From Balanoglossus misakiensis (lineage: Eukaryota > Animalia > Hemichordata), in NCBI GenBank assembly GCA_040954595.2, contig CM082579.2:8421625-8485624 (forward strand): a stretch of 64,000 nucleotides of DNA. Reading direction: 5' to 3'. How positions within the stretch are numbered: the first letter of the stretch is position 1; each line of letters opens with the position of its first letter. Shown here piece by piece: positions 12,253 through 31,745 of the stretch. Made by a program: the position numbers and the translations under genes. The notes beneath the pieces are model-generated. The model was not told where the DNA came from and ran no database searches. It saw only the letters and a list, made by a program, of their open reading frames with translations.

Positions 12253-13002
12253 TGTTACGACACGCTGGCCGTTCAGTTCCGAAACAGGGCAGTGAGCAAA
12301 TAGACTTACTGAATGGCTCGCTTTGGTGAACCAACCAGCGCAGCACGCAACAAAGACGGTCAACAATAGGCACACCACACGTTATTTCCTTACTTATGGA
12401 AACTTTTAATTACTACAACTAAACATTGGTAAATATAAAATGACTGTACACTGAGAAAAAAACACAGTAAAATAAATGACTACCTTAAATGTGACCAGGT
12501 GTGGGAAATGAAAAACTAAAGTCCAAGCTTCCGTAGCGCACGACGAACGCGACCAGCACCACGGCAGTCCCAACAGCGACGTTCAGTCCGAGTAGCGTTC
12601 TGGCACAATTCCCCGGTAGACGGCACGGCTTTCGGACGAATTCCCCATGAGGTAGCACGACTTCTGGGCGCGGTTTCCAGACCAGGACAGCATGAAACAA
12701 CACGGCTTCTGGGCGCGGTTTCCAGACCAGGACAGCATGAAATACAGCACAGTTTCTGGGCGCGGTTTCCAGACCAGTGTATCAGGAAATAAGGCACATC
12801 TTCCAAGCCGGCGAGGAACAGAACAGCTCACACGGACAAGTCCAAATTAGTAGCCACGCCGCAACACAACGTGCGGGCTTTTTATATGGGGAAAATAATG
12901 AATGCACCACACCTGGTCACGCAAATATTCAAATTACGAAAGTAAGCGAAAACACACCTGGTCACAAAACAACAGCAAACTTCTCCTACAATGTACGTAA
13001 CA
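12253..13002 (-). mobile_element. Solo LTR (750 bp), Ty3/Gypsy-like, 4-bp TSD GACT
   Basis: Termini TGTTACG...CGTAACA; GACT at 12249-12252 and 13003-13006; minus-strand TATAAAAAG at ~12878-12886; internal tandem repeats; no coding region. Orientation inferred from the TATA box. Confidence 0.8.
12661..12777. repeat. ~2.5 tandem copies of a 45-47-bp unit (ttctgggcgcggtttccagaccagg...) within the LTR
   Basis: Seen directly; explains the repeated peptides in the ORFs at 12485-12831. Confidence 0.9.
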
Positions 13003-15368
13003 GACTGGAAAACATTATTTCGTTTCCCGTGGACAACTCAGCCGACATTTGAATGCGCAAACCCCAAAATAAATGAGTGGGTATTCCTGGCCTTTTTGAG
13101 AAACCTATGTACAAAAAATCATCCCTACATGAAAATGTGTCATTCGCGTGTTCCGCGCACAATCCCGGTATCGTTAGACCTTCTGTGACTTTTCCAAATG
13201 ACTGCCAAATATTTGCAATCATTAAAAGCCTGTGACATAGCAGCGCTCGACTAATAATGCTACCAGACCATTGTTATGAGCTTACTCGCCAAGGTTAGTC
13301 ATCTTTCATAATATATGTCTTTTTCCAATTAGAATTGTGGATGAAATCTTCAGTGAATTGGTATTTCCGCTCAGATGAACTGCCATTGGAAACTTCCCTG
13401 TCATTCTGTAACTTGACGTCATTGTTCTACACTACGGCGGCCAAAGATATACAAATAAATTGCGAAATAAATAAAAAATCCCTACCTACCTACCTACCCT
13501 ATTTTTGAAAAGCATGTATAATCGGAACAGTGCATGTTTTTATTTGGCCTAATCGCCCCCTTGCTACTAGCTGCACTGTACCACAATGGCAATTGTAAGT
13601 TGCATCACGCTCAACAGGTGGTCGTTGGTGGCCGCTGCGGGCAAGGCTGTTCGTTCAGTCTGTAATTTTAGGGGGCCCTCTTCAAATTATATTCCCTCGT
13701 ACAAACAGTGGACTCGCGCGGTCGCGGAGCTCAAGGTGGGCCGCACCTGTAATCCACTTCTTGGGGTCACACGGAAAACCGCGCGCGGAGCTGAATATAC
13801 CATTTGGAGACCTGTGCAGTGGTTGCTGCTTGATAGGGTTGAACAGAGGATGTGGAGCAGAGCCTAACGTGCGTGGCGCACTTCTGATGCAGAGATTGCA
13901 AAATTGCCACCCACTTATTGTACAAATGACTTACCTTCAGGCAAAAACATCTCACGAGGTGGCAATAATTGGTCTATGGGCGCGGAAAGCACTACTTATT
14001 TTAATAGACGTAGATTGAGTACGTCCTGCCTCTCCTACGTTGTGTGAGATACGCATCGTATTACACACCGGTAATTGGGACTTTCATATTATAAATAGTA
14101 AAGTAATCTATATTAGTAGGCACACATTTGACAGGGTAAAACGTGCCTTTGGAGATTATGTCTAATTGTTGAAATGCCCCTTGCTTTGGTCTCTCTTTTT
14201 TTTAGAATTGCAGGTGTCATCGGGCAAGTGGTCGGTCGGTCGGTGGGGGCAATTGTCCTATGGGAGCAGTTATTTAGGATGCAATTGTCGGCAGGGGGCA
14301 GTTGATCTAGAACTAAATATAACATATGCCGGAAGGAAAAGTGAAATAAACAAAAAACATATTCACAACGGCACAAACCGATTTTTCATAATATGCATTA
14401 AAATATGACGACCACAGACTGTCTTTGATTGAATGTGTGCACCCACCTCTGAAATAGATTACCTGTATATAATTATGTTCTTGAGTGGAAACACATTGCC
14501 ATCTGTACATCACTCCAAACGTTGGTGGTGCCCTACTACCCGAGAATGATTTCAACCGTTTACAAACCCCCCACAAAGAACAGTAACATGCGCCATCTAC
14601 ATGTACAGTTGAATAATGGAGCTATCACAGATAGCACCGTGCTCGCATACACTACTACTGCTTGCTTGACGTGGAAATATAACACCCTCTTTTCTTACTT
14701 TTGCTCAAATCGACTAACCGTGTCTTTCGCGACGACGAATCCGGCCTGCAGGGTAGGATTGCACACACATGACGTTTGCATGTAAGGCTTCGTGTGTCCG
14801 TGTCAAAATTAAACCATCGAGCGCATGCGCATCAAAGCCCATCGACGCGACTCAAGGGTTCTCACTTTCACAGTTGGTTAGCGCCGCCTTCTTCTCGTCC
14901 CTGAGTTTGTTCGTTTTGCTGATGATATCGGTTGACGATGAATATGACAATAACCATGATGCATCCTTCTCGTCGGTTATTGTGTCTTGTTGATTTATTT
15001 TGCAGTCGCTACTCGTACCAAGCGTCTGTTCTGCTGGCGTCTTGTCCACGTAGGCAGGACAAACCGCATCGCAGTTAATCGTTTTCAACCACGCAAGGCA
15101 AGGGCAAACAAGTACCAGTTGAGTGGAGCGCACCGTTACATAGAGCCACCGTACCCGGGGCTTATTTATCTCGCCACTGTGTGCGGTGATTTGGTGACGG
15201 CGAAGGATGATCGGTTTTGCGTCCAAGCCGGCAGCAGACGATTAACTCGGAACCCCGTGGAGACTTCGGACTGCTTTCATCTCCCAGTCTAGAAAAGTGA
15301 AGTTTACCTCTTCGTCTATTTCTCTGTACTCGGTACACACACTGTACTCAAAGCATCGTGCATACAGA

Positions 15369-20728
<5,360 letters not shown>

Positions 20729-21361
20729 AAGCCGTACAATTGATCACCGGCGACAAGGTGAAGCTTTAAACAATCTGCCAGAGTGCTGTCAACCCGGGGC
20801 TGTCAACTGAGCCTTCGCCATTACTGCCACGCGGGAATGTGTTTAATGGTGGCCGATCACCCTTTAATTGGCAAATGCTGCCAATAACTGACTGCTTTCA
20901 GCGTGGATGATAGACAGTCAACACGGGGATGGCACGACATCTCGTCACGTATGCTCGTGTCGTTTCCTGCTCGCACCTTGTTGTATCCGGTGACAGCAGA
21001 AGTCGTTATCGTGATTAACACGTTTCCGCTGCCGTTTGCCGAATTTACGTACTGCCAGCGGAACCGAAAAGGTGGCGTGCGGGGGGGGGGGGACATCCTT
21101 CCTGTGTTGCCATCATTATCTGTAACGAGCATGCGGAAAAGAACGTGGATAATCATAGACCAAATTGGGCTTTGTTTCGGATTAAATTTACTGATAATTA
21201 CATGAATTTGATAATAGTCAACGCTGACATTGAAAGGAACAGTAACTACAACCTTTAACTGAATGAGTATTTCTTGGTCTGTGCAATAGCTACCAACTAC
21301 AGTTTCTTTACTATACGCGTCGAAGAATGTCAATCCAGCTTGTCCGCAAAGTCTGTTCATG

Positions 21362-21518
21362 TACGCCTTTTTCTAAAGAGGGCACCCTTCCACGGTGACG
21401 CGAAAACGAGGCCAGTAAGTCGAGCAGTACTATTTGGCTTACTGGCCTCGTTTTCGCGCCGTCGGCTTGCAGATGACGCCATATTTTGGGAGGGCGCCCT
21501 CTTTACGAAAAAGGTGTA
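21362..21518. mobile_element. ~155-bp MITE-like element with terminal inverted repeats and an internal hairpin
   Basis: Outer arms tacgcctttttctaaagagggcaccct and agggcgccctctttacgaaaaaggtgta; inner stem cgcgaaaacgaggccagtaag and cttactggcctcgttttcgcg. Confidence 0.75.
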
Positions 21519-24500
21519 TTTGATTATGAAGGCGCGATCTTATCGTTGATATTCGACTTCTAATCCTGATTGTCCTCATCAACATTTACTGCTGAGATGA
21601 GAAACTGAACACCGGGCATGTCAACATGTTGTTTATGGGCCATGGACTAGACTAGTTTCCACGAAACTGTTTCCATGGTGCCCACTAGAAATATGTAAAC
21701 ACCTATGTCTTTACCTTCTGTGTGTGATGTATATTTACATACATATCTCTGGTGAAATAAAGTTCGCTGTGTATTCAATATGTTGTGGGAAGAAGCAGAA
21801 GAAACTATACTGCTGCCCATTTACTCGTAATCAGAATACGCTGTTGCCATCAGTTGCTCTCCGTCAATACCGATTACTTTACACTGTATCGGTTTAAATC
21901 GTCTTAATAATCATTGTGAACCGATGGCCAGGCCTTTAGGCTGGCAATTTAAATCTTTGCTGTCGTGGTTTCGCGACCCCCCCCCCTCCCTTAATGTCAT
22001 CTATCTTGAATTGGAATTCATGCGAACAGTGGTAAATTTCCATTTTAATAGAATACATTTTCACCATGGCATGATAACTGCCAGATAATTTAACACTTTT
22101 ATTCAATTCATGTGTTTTACCATGTATACGACAGACCACTTACTAGTATCACGACTTATACAGTGTTTGACAAGCTATGAGAACGTTCGTATAATGGCCA
22201 TGATCTGTAAGATTTCTGCTCTTTGCTTTTATCACGTTCACCAATTGCACAATACAGAATATTTGTAACTCAACACAGAGTGTTCACTTTATATTTTTGG
22301 GGTAGCCAGGTGTATGGATGTTCGTCATACCATCAAATCGAAGCAGTTTAATTAACTGCACATTCTAGAAAGGTATGCCTTTACAAGTATAGTTCAATGT
22401 TACTGCTGTAGGTAAAGGGACACAAGGTGTATCTTTTGGCTTTATTTTGAGTTTTTGTGTTCTGTGTACAAAATGCAATTTCTTGTTCAATTCCGAACAA
22501 CATGCTAATATACCAAGTACTCAGCTTGTCAATATAACCTCTATGTATTTCATTTGCCATAATTATTTATAAATGAATTCTAGTCCAAAGTAGAATACAC
22601 ATTTTGCATAATATAGTGCTGACTATATACTCATAGGTCGTGTTAATAGGCGGGATACTTGCCATTTCATTATGTTTCGGCAATTTGAACAAGAAACTGC
22701 AGTTACTCTAGATACACACAACAAAAATACTGAAAACAAGCGAGAGGAATTGTTAATTGATGATTGTGCTAATTACTATGTAAATACTTCAGAACTTTCC
22801 AGAAAAGGCGCCCTGTAAAAAACACAAATGTGCGCACAACAAAGTGTGCTGTGATTGTCTGTAGCTTTAGTAAACGTTTATTGTCGAATTTGAATAAACT
22901 TGTTAAAAAGAAATCACTGATTTCATTTTTTTTTTCTTTTCTAAGTGTCGTCTGCTCACCCACGGCCGAACGATGATTTTCGCCCTGCTCTCGCCCGCCT
23001 CCGTGCTTATACGCAGATCATTCGGAAAAGATCATTCTTAAGCATTTACCATTGTAACCTAACGTCATGGAAGTTGTACCAGTATTCCGGAATTAATCCC
23101 ACTCTGTTGGCCAATGCGTCAAAAAAGCATTTACTCTATAGAGCGCTCGAGCATGCGAGACTTCATGGGAATGAGCAACTTCACAAAGTGGCCGTAATAC
23201 AGTCTTAATTTTGGATCACCCCTGTGGTCTATGCAATGATCATCCGCAATAAGGAAACATTTTGAAACCTAGTAAATTTTGCAGTACTGTGACGCAGTCG
23301 ACTTGATTGTGACCATCTTGAACAAAACAAAAGTCCAATCTAATTCAGTTCAATGCAGTGAGACTAACTCACTGCGATATGGGAAACTCATCAAATGGGA
23401 AACATTTTTTTCTCTGCAATCACCGATCGCTCTGGGAATAAACGTTGTCCATTGGAACTGAGGCATGCGGTTCAGGTCATTTATATATCTTCGACTTACA
23501 TTTCCTGTTCAAAAGAACCCATGTTCGATTCACTGCGCATCATCTCGCATAATTACCCCCGGGGGTACGGAGCGTATAGGGTTTCACTGTCTCTGTCAAT
23601 TAATTTTTCCGTGTGCTCAGCATGCACGTGAAATAACTGGAACGTCTGCAGCATGGTTTAACAGAATATATATCGCCAAGACTGAGAACAGTCATGTGAA
23701 GTACAAAAAGTACCAGAGAGAACAGAATATATAGAGATGGAAATTCCGACAGGAAAGATGGATTTGCGATCGTGGCCATCTTGGGTCAAATTGCACCCCA
23801 CGATATTATAACTATAAAGTCACCGACATGACAATACTGGACAAATGTTCACTATTTCAAAAAAAATCCCCATAATTTGACTGCGTCAGAGATAAACTGG
23901 CAATTATTCGCGTTTGAACATAAATGTACCCCGTTAGTTTGGTTAGTATGCAACCTGTGGCCACTATTTGTGAAAGATGTGTGAGGATTTTTACCATGAT
24001 GTAATAAGGGATGCTCCAAAAAAATATCCTGACACATTGACACACAACCCCCCCCCCCCCGAGAATTAATTTCGTTCAGCCTTGTAGTTGTCCAACATGG
24101 GGAACACCCTAGACCTTTCAATGGCAAAGCACTGTTGTCGTGGCTGTAGATCAACGTAGCACATATACATGTATGTGCATGCTGAATGCTTAATGCAGCC
24201 AATCCTCACAATTATAAGATTTGGCTTTAGGGAACTCCGGAGGAAGTCACGTGCGTGAGGTAAACTCCGGCTAATATTCAAAGTACATGCACCTCACGTC
24301 GACCAACATGACCTGTGTGGATTTCCCGGATGCATGCCCACAAGGCGTGTTTCCATGGTTTCTGCAAATGCAGTCAAGTGTAGACGGTATAGCATGATCA
24401 GGAAAAAAAATCTACTACTTGCCCGTCTTTGGGAACCCCGGCACTGGCAGTTTGAAATCTTTCTGGATCTGATGCGCACAGAGTCGTTTAACAATTATGA

Positions 24501-25035
24501 TTTTCCTCTCATTGCCAAATCTCGCGAGGCTTGGTAAATTACCGTAGCAACGGGTTGCTAGTAAAGTAATACAAGTACACGTAAAGCTTTTATGGAACTA
24601 AAATAGTGCAGAGTTTAACAAAAATTGCAACTGTTGCGCCGTTCAACACAGTGTGACGTGGGAAAATCCTCCCATATAAACTGCCTAGCCACGCGAGATC
24701 TCGCAAGGTCTCGTTGGGTTCGGAAACTGGTATATTCATCTAACAGTCAGAGTAGGGTCTGCCAGGTTCATTTAATGGTGTACATTCGGAGGCAAGCACG
24801 CAGCAACTGAGCTTGGTAATCTGTATCGACACAGTAAGTAATATCGAGTCATTTTGACTGCGTAAAGATCAGTGATTGATATGATCTTTTGCAATCCTCA
24901 GTGGAGGAAACACTGAATCGTTTTTCTGGTAACGACTTGAGTCAAAGATTTTGTCGGCGACGCTAGAGTGGGATTAAGGATCCTTTTGTGATCCCACTTG
25001 TAAAGACATGAGTGAAAAAAAACTCGCCAAAATTA

Positions 25036-25217
25036 ATAATCGGTCTCTACCGTTTATTCATTTTGGTTTACTCTAACACCCTACAAACGGGATGGAAGTT
25101 GTGTGTGGTCGAACGTTGATTCGCTATATATAAAATGTATCCACATGTACAATTATAACATAAACGGTGTCTTATGTCAAACATAATTAATGGAAAAGGG
25201 CAGCGAGAGAGAGAGAG
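25036..25217 (+). mobile_element. Third copy of the 1771-1945 dispersed repeat
   Basis: Colinear similarity with 1771-1932 over ~180 bp. Confidence 0.65.
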
Positions 25218-28200
25218 ATTAACGTGAAACTGGACTGAAAGTGGTTGAAATTTTATCAAACGCCATCTGCGTGTTTCTCAACATCGAGAGTTCGCGAACT
25301 GTCGCCGGAAATTTGGAGCCAAGGAAAGATCGTTTGCACGTGAAGGGGAAACGACCGCCTGTTGTTTAAAACTATCACAACGTTCCGTCGAGAGCAATCA
25401 TTAAAAGCCAGTTGTAGGGTGTATACTGGCTTGAAATGGAAGGTAATTAGCATCAACACAAGTAAGCACGTAATCGGAGCATGGCAGTGATCATCTTAAA
25501 AATGCACTGTGATGGCAATAATAGCCGTTCTGGGCAGGAGAATTGAATTTGGTGTGCGGATGAATTTGAGATAACAATTATCAGAGACAGTGACGGGTGT
25601 ATCATAAAATGATATTTGGACAGCAAGTAAGGACATCAGTATTCATACATGCATGGATGTTAATCGGGTCAAACAGATCTTTGTCGCGACTATCCGACTC
25701 AGCCATGGTCCTCCTTTGAGGTTCTGCCGATTCGCGATATGACTTAAAAGTGTTTTGGATAACATTCTCTTAATAGTTGGAGACCAACTGCTACAAATAA
25801 TGGGAACGGTGTTTGTGAAAGCCGCCGGATTATCGATTTGTCCATGGGGAGTTGAGTGTAGGTCCTAGACCTATGCTTTCTTTTGCTTGTTAGTCGACGT
25901 CATTATTTTCCTTCCGACATGATTATAGTGTGTGCGATTCATATTCACTGTATATACCCGCACTTAATCAACTTGAAGGCTATTCTCCCTTTGCTATATA
26001 GTGTATCGTTTCGTACAGCGTTTTATTTCACAGAGGCGGTGGATGTTTATCGGCAAACATCAAATGGATATTTTACCGACCAAAATTCGTTCATCCCCTG
26101 AATAGCAGTTTATATTTCCAGTTTTATATTTAGCACGCACGATTAAATCTGTATTTATGCACTATGGGGACTGCAATCATTATATATTCAAAGTCATGGC
26201 CGTGACTTTCTATGCATAAGCGCGTGCGTCACGGTGCATGTGTGCACACGCTGTCATGCCCAAAAGGACGATGCAAACGTTTGTTCAGCTTCGATTCACA
26301 GGAGACGAATCGTCGTGCAATTTAGTGAAATAATTGACTCATTAATAGCTTTATCAATTAATGTCTATCGCGGGTACGTATAAAATATACAGAAGTATAG
26401 AGTAGGAGACGCAATACATGATCGCATTCAGACATAAACCCTGCAGACATTCCACTTTAAATGCCGACGATCGTCCCATGCGCATGTGCGTAGTTTCGCG
26501 TGTACTAACATTACGTCCAACCCAAATGTTCTGCGCATGAAATATGGAAGGAAGCGAAGGCAGTCCACTATTTGAATGCGTGAACGCAAAATTGGCTGAA
26601 CATTTGAATTGGACGTAATGTTTGTACACACGTGAAATTACGCACATGCGTATAAAACGATCATATCTCCAATAGTGCCATGTTACCGCATTTCACATGG
26701 TAAATCAAAATATATTGAATGTATTAAACCATTAGTGCGTCCGATCCATGGCCATATATTTTCGCTTGTCGCTCATTGGCTTCATTTGTTGTCTCAAAGC
26801 AGCACTGGTCGCCGGTGAGCATATATTCATTGCCAATTTATCTCTGCGAAGGTATGCTCGATCATTAAATACAGTCCCGTACAGGTTCAATGCTCTGCCG
26901 ACTGTCGATACAGTACCACTGACATTAATTTTATGACCACCAATCACATCGTCATCTTGTTTTGTTTTGTTTTGTTTTTCACAAATTGCAGATGCCATGA
27001 GCACTTGTGTCCACAGGTAACCGCACAAATGTTTCAATCGGCTTGGGGAAGCAGGAACAAAGACTGACTTTGCTAAATGTTTGAATACAGGCTATCTAAT
27101 GGTCGTTACGTTTAAAGAGTAGAACAATACACCACATTTAAAAATACTGAGAAATTAACCCAAAATTTGAACTTACTGGGACTTTTAAATATAAGTAAAC
27201 CGCATCATAGTCGTAGTCATCTGACTTCCTGAAGAAATACCGGAGAGATATTAAGTACAGATACTTTTATTTCCATTGCCTCACTAGATAAACAACGTTG
27301 CAGGCCATACCATACCATGCTTGTTTGACATTTCATTACAAACACAAAAGTATTTTGAGTTCATGATATATTTTTTCTAATCTCTTCCTCGGCAGAAACG
27401 GGAATCCCCCCGAGGCGAACCATGTATGATTATACGATTGGGAACTTTCATAATGGGAAAAACAAGTCGGTTGTTTAGTCTCTTCAAGATTGCTTATAAA
27501 TAAAAAATTGACCTTCTGCACCTTGATATTAGTTCCTGTAGTTTACCATAAGAAGTAACACACCATTAATTATTCAAAAAACACACGACAAGCGTGTATA
27601 TAGTAGCTGGCTAGCCGGTTGCCAGTTTTCAATATTTACATCACGCAGTATAGCCTAAGGGACTGGTCAGTTTCTTCAGCCTGGGGGGGATTAATTGGGG
27701 GGGGGGGGTCATCCTGTTTTAGAATTTCACTGCACACATTTAAAAATCGTTGCAGTACCCGTGCAAGTAATGGCGCCGGCGTGGGAGGCATTATATTACC
27801 ACATACTGGTAAGAATTGATTCGATGCAGTAATGAAGAGCCGAAAATCGGAATGCTATGTATATACGCAGGCTTCTCATTGTTTGCAGTAGCAGCTGCAG
27901 CAGTTTTCGGAAATCTTAGTCATTTTTTTTCCAAAATCAAGGAGCCTGCGTATCTTGTGAGCCGAAGATGAAAATGCAACATTATTTCTGAAAATACAAA
28001 ACTGGGACTTTGAGATTATACTGTGTGTCACCAAGAAAGTCATGGTACTGTAACGAAGACAAGACTACCGTTCATTGACACCAGTTACCGATGAAGAATA
28101 TCAAAGAATGAACAGCACTGAGAAAAATATAGAACTCTGTCTTGACTGTAGGCTCTGTAGGCTATGTGATTCCCAAATTATAGGGTTTCTTCGTCTCAAG

Positions 28201-30732
28201 CAAAGCCCATTTTTCGAAAAGAAATAGAACTCGTCATAAAACTAGTTCGACTTTGGTATGCTGTTCTAGTTTATAATATCAGTAAGGATAAACGATTTTC
28301 AAATCGCGAGCTTCGGTTCGTCTTGACCCCGTAAAAAAGAATATCAATACGGGGATATTGATCGTACGCCCCGAGTATACTATTTACATGTATGTAAGTG
28401 TTTGTCTCCTCATGTCAAATCTAAGGATTGTGTGTACAGATCGTATATCCAGCCTATTAATTGGCGCACTTTTTCTAGTGGCGGGAACTTTTATCTGTCA
28501 CTTCAAAGTGGAGGACTAATGAAGTAGGTTAATGTATGGTGTTTCCCACACCACTTGACCGAAAGGGAAGAATGAAAGGCAGTTGGCCGGGGTTTTTTTC
28601 CAGCGAGAACGACAAATGGTATTCTTCGCGAGACCTACGCCAAATATCAAGAAGTAGATGTATAGAACGAAAGCAGCGATCAATGAGCAGACTGCCAATC
28701 AATGCGAAAATTGATTCATGATTGCAATCGATTCAAGTTGGCGCAAATTGATGAGAGAAAGATTTGTTTTTTTGTTGTTGTTGAAAAGGTTGAACTTCCA
28801 GTGGGAGTCGTCTGGAGTCGACTGAAGAGAACATCAATACAATTTACTACCACTTCTCTGTAGATAGGGCGGAACCATTTGCTTTCTTGGGGTGGATGGG
28901 GATTTTTTTTTTTTTTTTTTTTTTGGGGGGGGGGGGGTTGTGGGCAGATGGTGCGGAGGACAAATATTGCTTCTGCAATGCCTTGAGGACAAGATGGACT
29001 GGCAATGGAAACAAAAATTGCCGACATACCCAAATCCTCCAGCCCTCACCCCCGGAAATCAATTGGTTCGCCCCTTAGTAGTTTCTGGTGAAGCTTTGCT
29101 GCTGTTCTCCGTCAGACCGTATCAACAGTTGATGATCAAATTCCATAAAAGCAGCTTACTTTGCGGGGCTTATTAAAAAATATAAACTCCCTGAATATTA
29201 AAGTCTCAATAGCTGCCGATTTTGGGGATTATTTTCAAAAGTTCACTTTCAAACTTGGAACGGTCCATTTAATAGAGCTGGTTGCTTTGCATACACGATC
29301 AATTATCAACCTCTGATTGTGGCGACACATTTAAATATGATCAGGTTTAATAATAGACGGGTGCCGCACGCGTTTATTCCGGTGCCCAATGCAAGGGTTC
29401 ACAACAGTTTTACTGTAGTATGTGTGTGCACTCGGGTATCAGAATCTCCACGCATTCAAAATGGTGTCGTCTATCGATAAGTATAAGGAGAAGGTTGAAA
29501 TATGTTATTTGGTCGTCGGACCTGTTAGTTCCAGGCGAATCAGAGAAGGAAGTAAACAATTGCGAATAACTACGAATATCTCAACTGCAACCTGACAAAG
29601 TCTAACCCTTTCAGTGAAGTCTAGTAACTGTATAGTTCGTTCCCGGTCATATACCCCTGCCACGTATGGAATCTCAGACTGTAGTCTAGTGTCTAGCCGT
29701 CCAATGATCGTCATGCATGCCACTGGCCCAATAGAGCCTGATAGCCATTGTTGGATATTGTGATGTAATAGCGTCCGTTAGAAGTCAATCACAGACGTGG
29801 TTTATCCAATGATTGGACAAAGGATATACATGTAAACGTGTGTAACTAAGAATGGGTTACAATTTTAACGTAGTCTAGTGTACCAGGCCAGTGACATGCA
29901 CGACACCAGACGTTAGTTTTGGAAGCAAAGCGGACAAAATACCGCAAAATACTAGACTACCCAGCCTGGTATGGATGTAATCAGTCTGTGTTACAATGTA
30001 CGTCGCTAGTTTACAAATGGAATATTTGTGCATTCTTCGTCGGAGACTATTAAGGAGATGTTCTGAATTTCTGTCTGACTGTGAAACCCCGTAAAAATCG
30101 ATTAAACATCTTTCCGCGAAGTCATCGTGGTTTTTACCGTGCTTCCTGTCAGACATCTGACAAATTCAGTCAATGTTTCCTTGGAAAACTGAATGATAAG
30201 CGTCTGCGAGTACGTAAGTGTGGTCGAAATTAAATGAAACAGGATCAACGCGAGCTCTATTTAAACACAGAACAATTTTTCTGGCAATGCAACAAGCTTG
30301 TGAGGTTTCACGAATTTTAATCGCACGTTTCCATGGTCGCTTAATTTTCATAATTTTCTGACATCAAAGCGTTGTATAGCAATTGAAACCCTTTCTATAT
30401 GAGCTGCATTCCTGACTCATCAAAATATGCAGTACCTGAATAGATGAGTTTCTGCTCAATTGCAAGATCTCGGGAAACTTGGTTAATTACCATAGCAACG
30501 GGTTGCTAGTCAATTGATAGTAGAGACTCCCCTGTCATACAGCGCCGTTTACATTGAACACACTTGGAACTACTTTATGATAGCAAGATAATGAAATAGC
30601 CTGAAAATAGTTTACACTTCACTGTTCTATTTGGTTATTTGTATTGAACTGCAATTCTAATATTTCTACCGAAAAAAACAAGCAAGGCATGGTGTAAATG
30701 CCTGTTGCCGTGCGTATGTAGTATGGCCGATC

Positions 30733-30910
30733 CCCTACCTCCCTCCCCCTCCTTTCTCTCTCTTCTCCCTCTCTCTCTCCCCACCTCTCTCCTTCTCTCA
30801 CTCTTTCTCTCATTACCCCTCTCCCTCTTTCTTTCTCCCTCTCTCTCCTTCTCTCTCTCCATCTCTCTACCTCTCTCCGTCCTTCCCCCTATCTCTCCCT
30901 CCCTCTCTCC
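30733..30910. repeat. Degenerate polypyrimidine (CT-rich) tract
   Basis: Seen directly. Confidence 0.9.
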
Positions 30911-31745
30911 AAGACACGTGCATTTTTCTTCGGTCAAGCCTTCTGACATTTTGATAACGCTGGAGGCGTGGGTTACACGTCATCACCTACCCTTGCAAGA
31001 AGCACTGAGTGGCGCTGATGCCCTGCAGCAGACACTTATCACACGCGTACTTATCAACCCACAATGATAACGTCATAGGATTAACAAGTCCATAAAACGT
31101 CTTTCAAGAGTAAAAACACTGAAGCAAATCCGACTAAGTATCGATTTTTTTCTCTGTTTGACGCAAATCCTACATCTTCTCAGCTGTGTGACGGAATTGG
31201 ACTGCTGGTAACCGAGCCGCGGCATACACGTGTATGGCACTGTGACGTGTAACGTTCTTGTTCCCTACCCAAGGTCTCCACACATCTCACCGTTAATGTT
31301 TCTCCCTTTGGAACACAAAGTACATTTTCTAAACATTTTTCTTACCATTCGTTGCAATGTTACGTATTACTACCAACCAGCTACTGCTACTGCCATGAAA
31401 TAAAATCTGCGGGTTATACTTATGGGCTTCAGAATTGGAATTTCATTGTGAAAATGTCTGGTATAAAAATATTCAGATTTGACAACAGAGTAGAAACAAA
31501 CCAGTCCATAATAGGCCTATTAACCCCATTTTTCTGTCTGGAAAAATAACGTAGCTAGCTGCAGCTGGGGCAAATGACGCTAATATTGATGATGCTCAGC
31601 CTCAGCAATAATAGACACTGGCATTTGCATCACCCATTGGGCAGGGAATAAATCATGATACATCACGTGAGTATGTCCCAGCCAACCACGAGAGAGGAAA
31701 ACTGCAATATGGTGGTCATCGGACTACCATACACTGCGCACGGAA

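Noticed and set aside
12485-12831. Small ORFs with repeated peptides and one hydrophobic stretch; CRISPR-like appearance
   Set aside because: They lie inside the solo LTR's tandem repeats; there are no unique spacers or cas genes, and the context is eukaryotic.
14852-15292. 124-aa and 101-aa ORFs upstream of GPCR-B
   Set aside because: Non-ATG starts and no recognisable features; most likely 5'UTR or promoter sequence.
6430-15368. Canonical prokineticin or astakine ligand between the receptors
   Set aside because: No AVITG start or 10-Cys colipase pattern found in the frames I examined.
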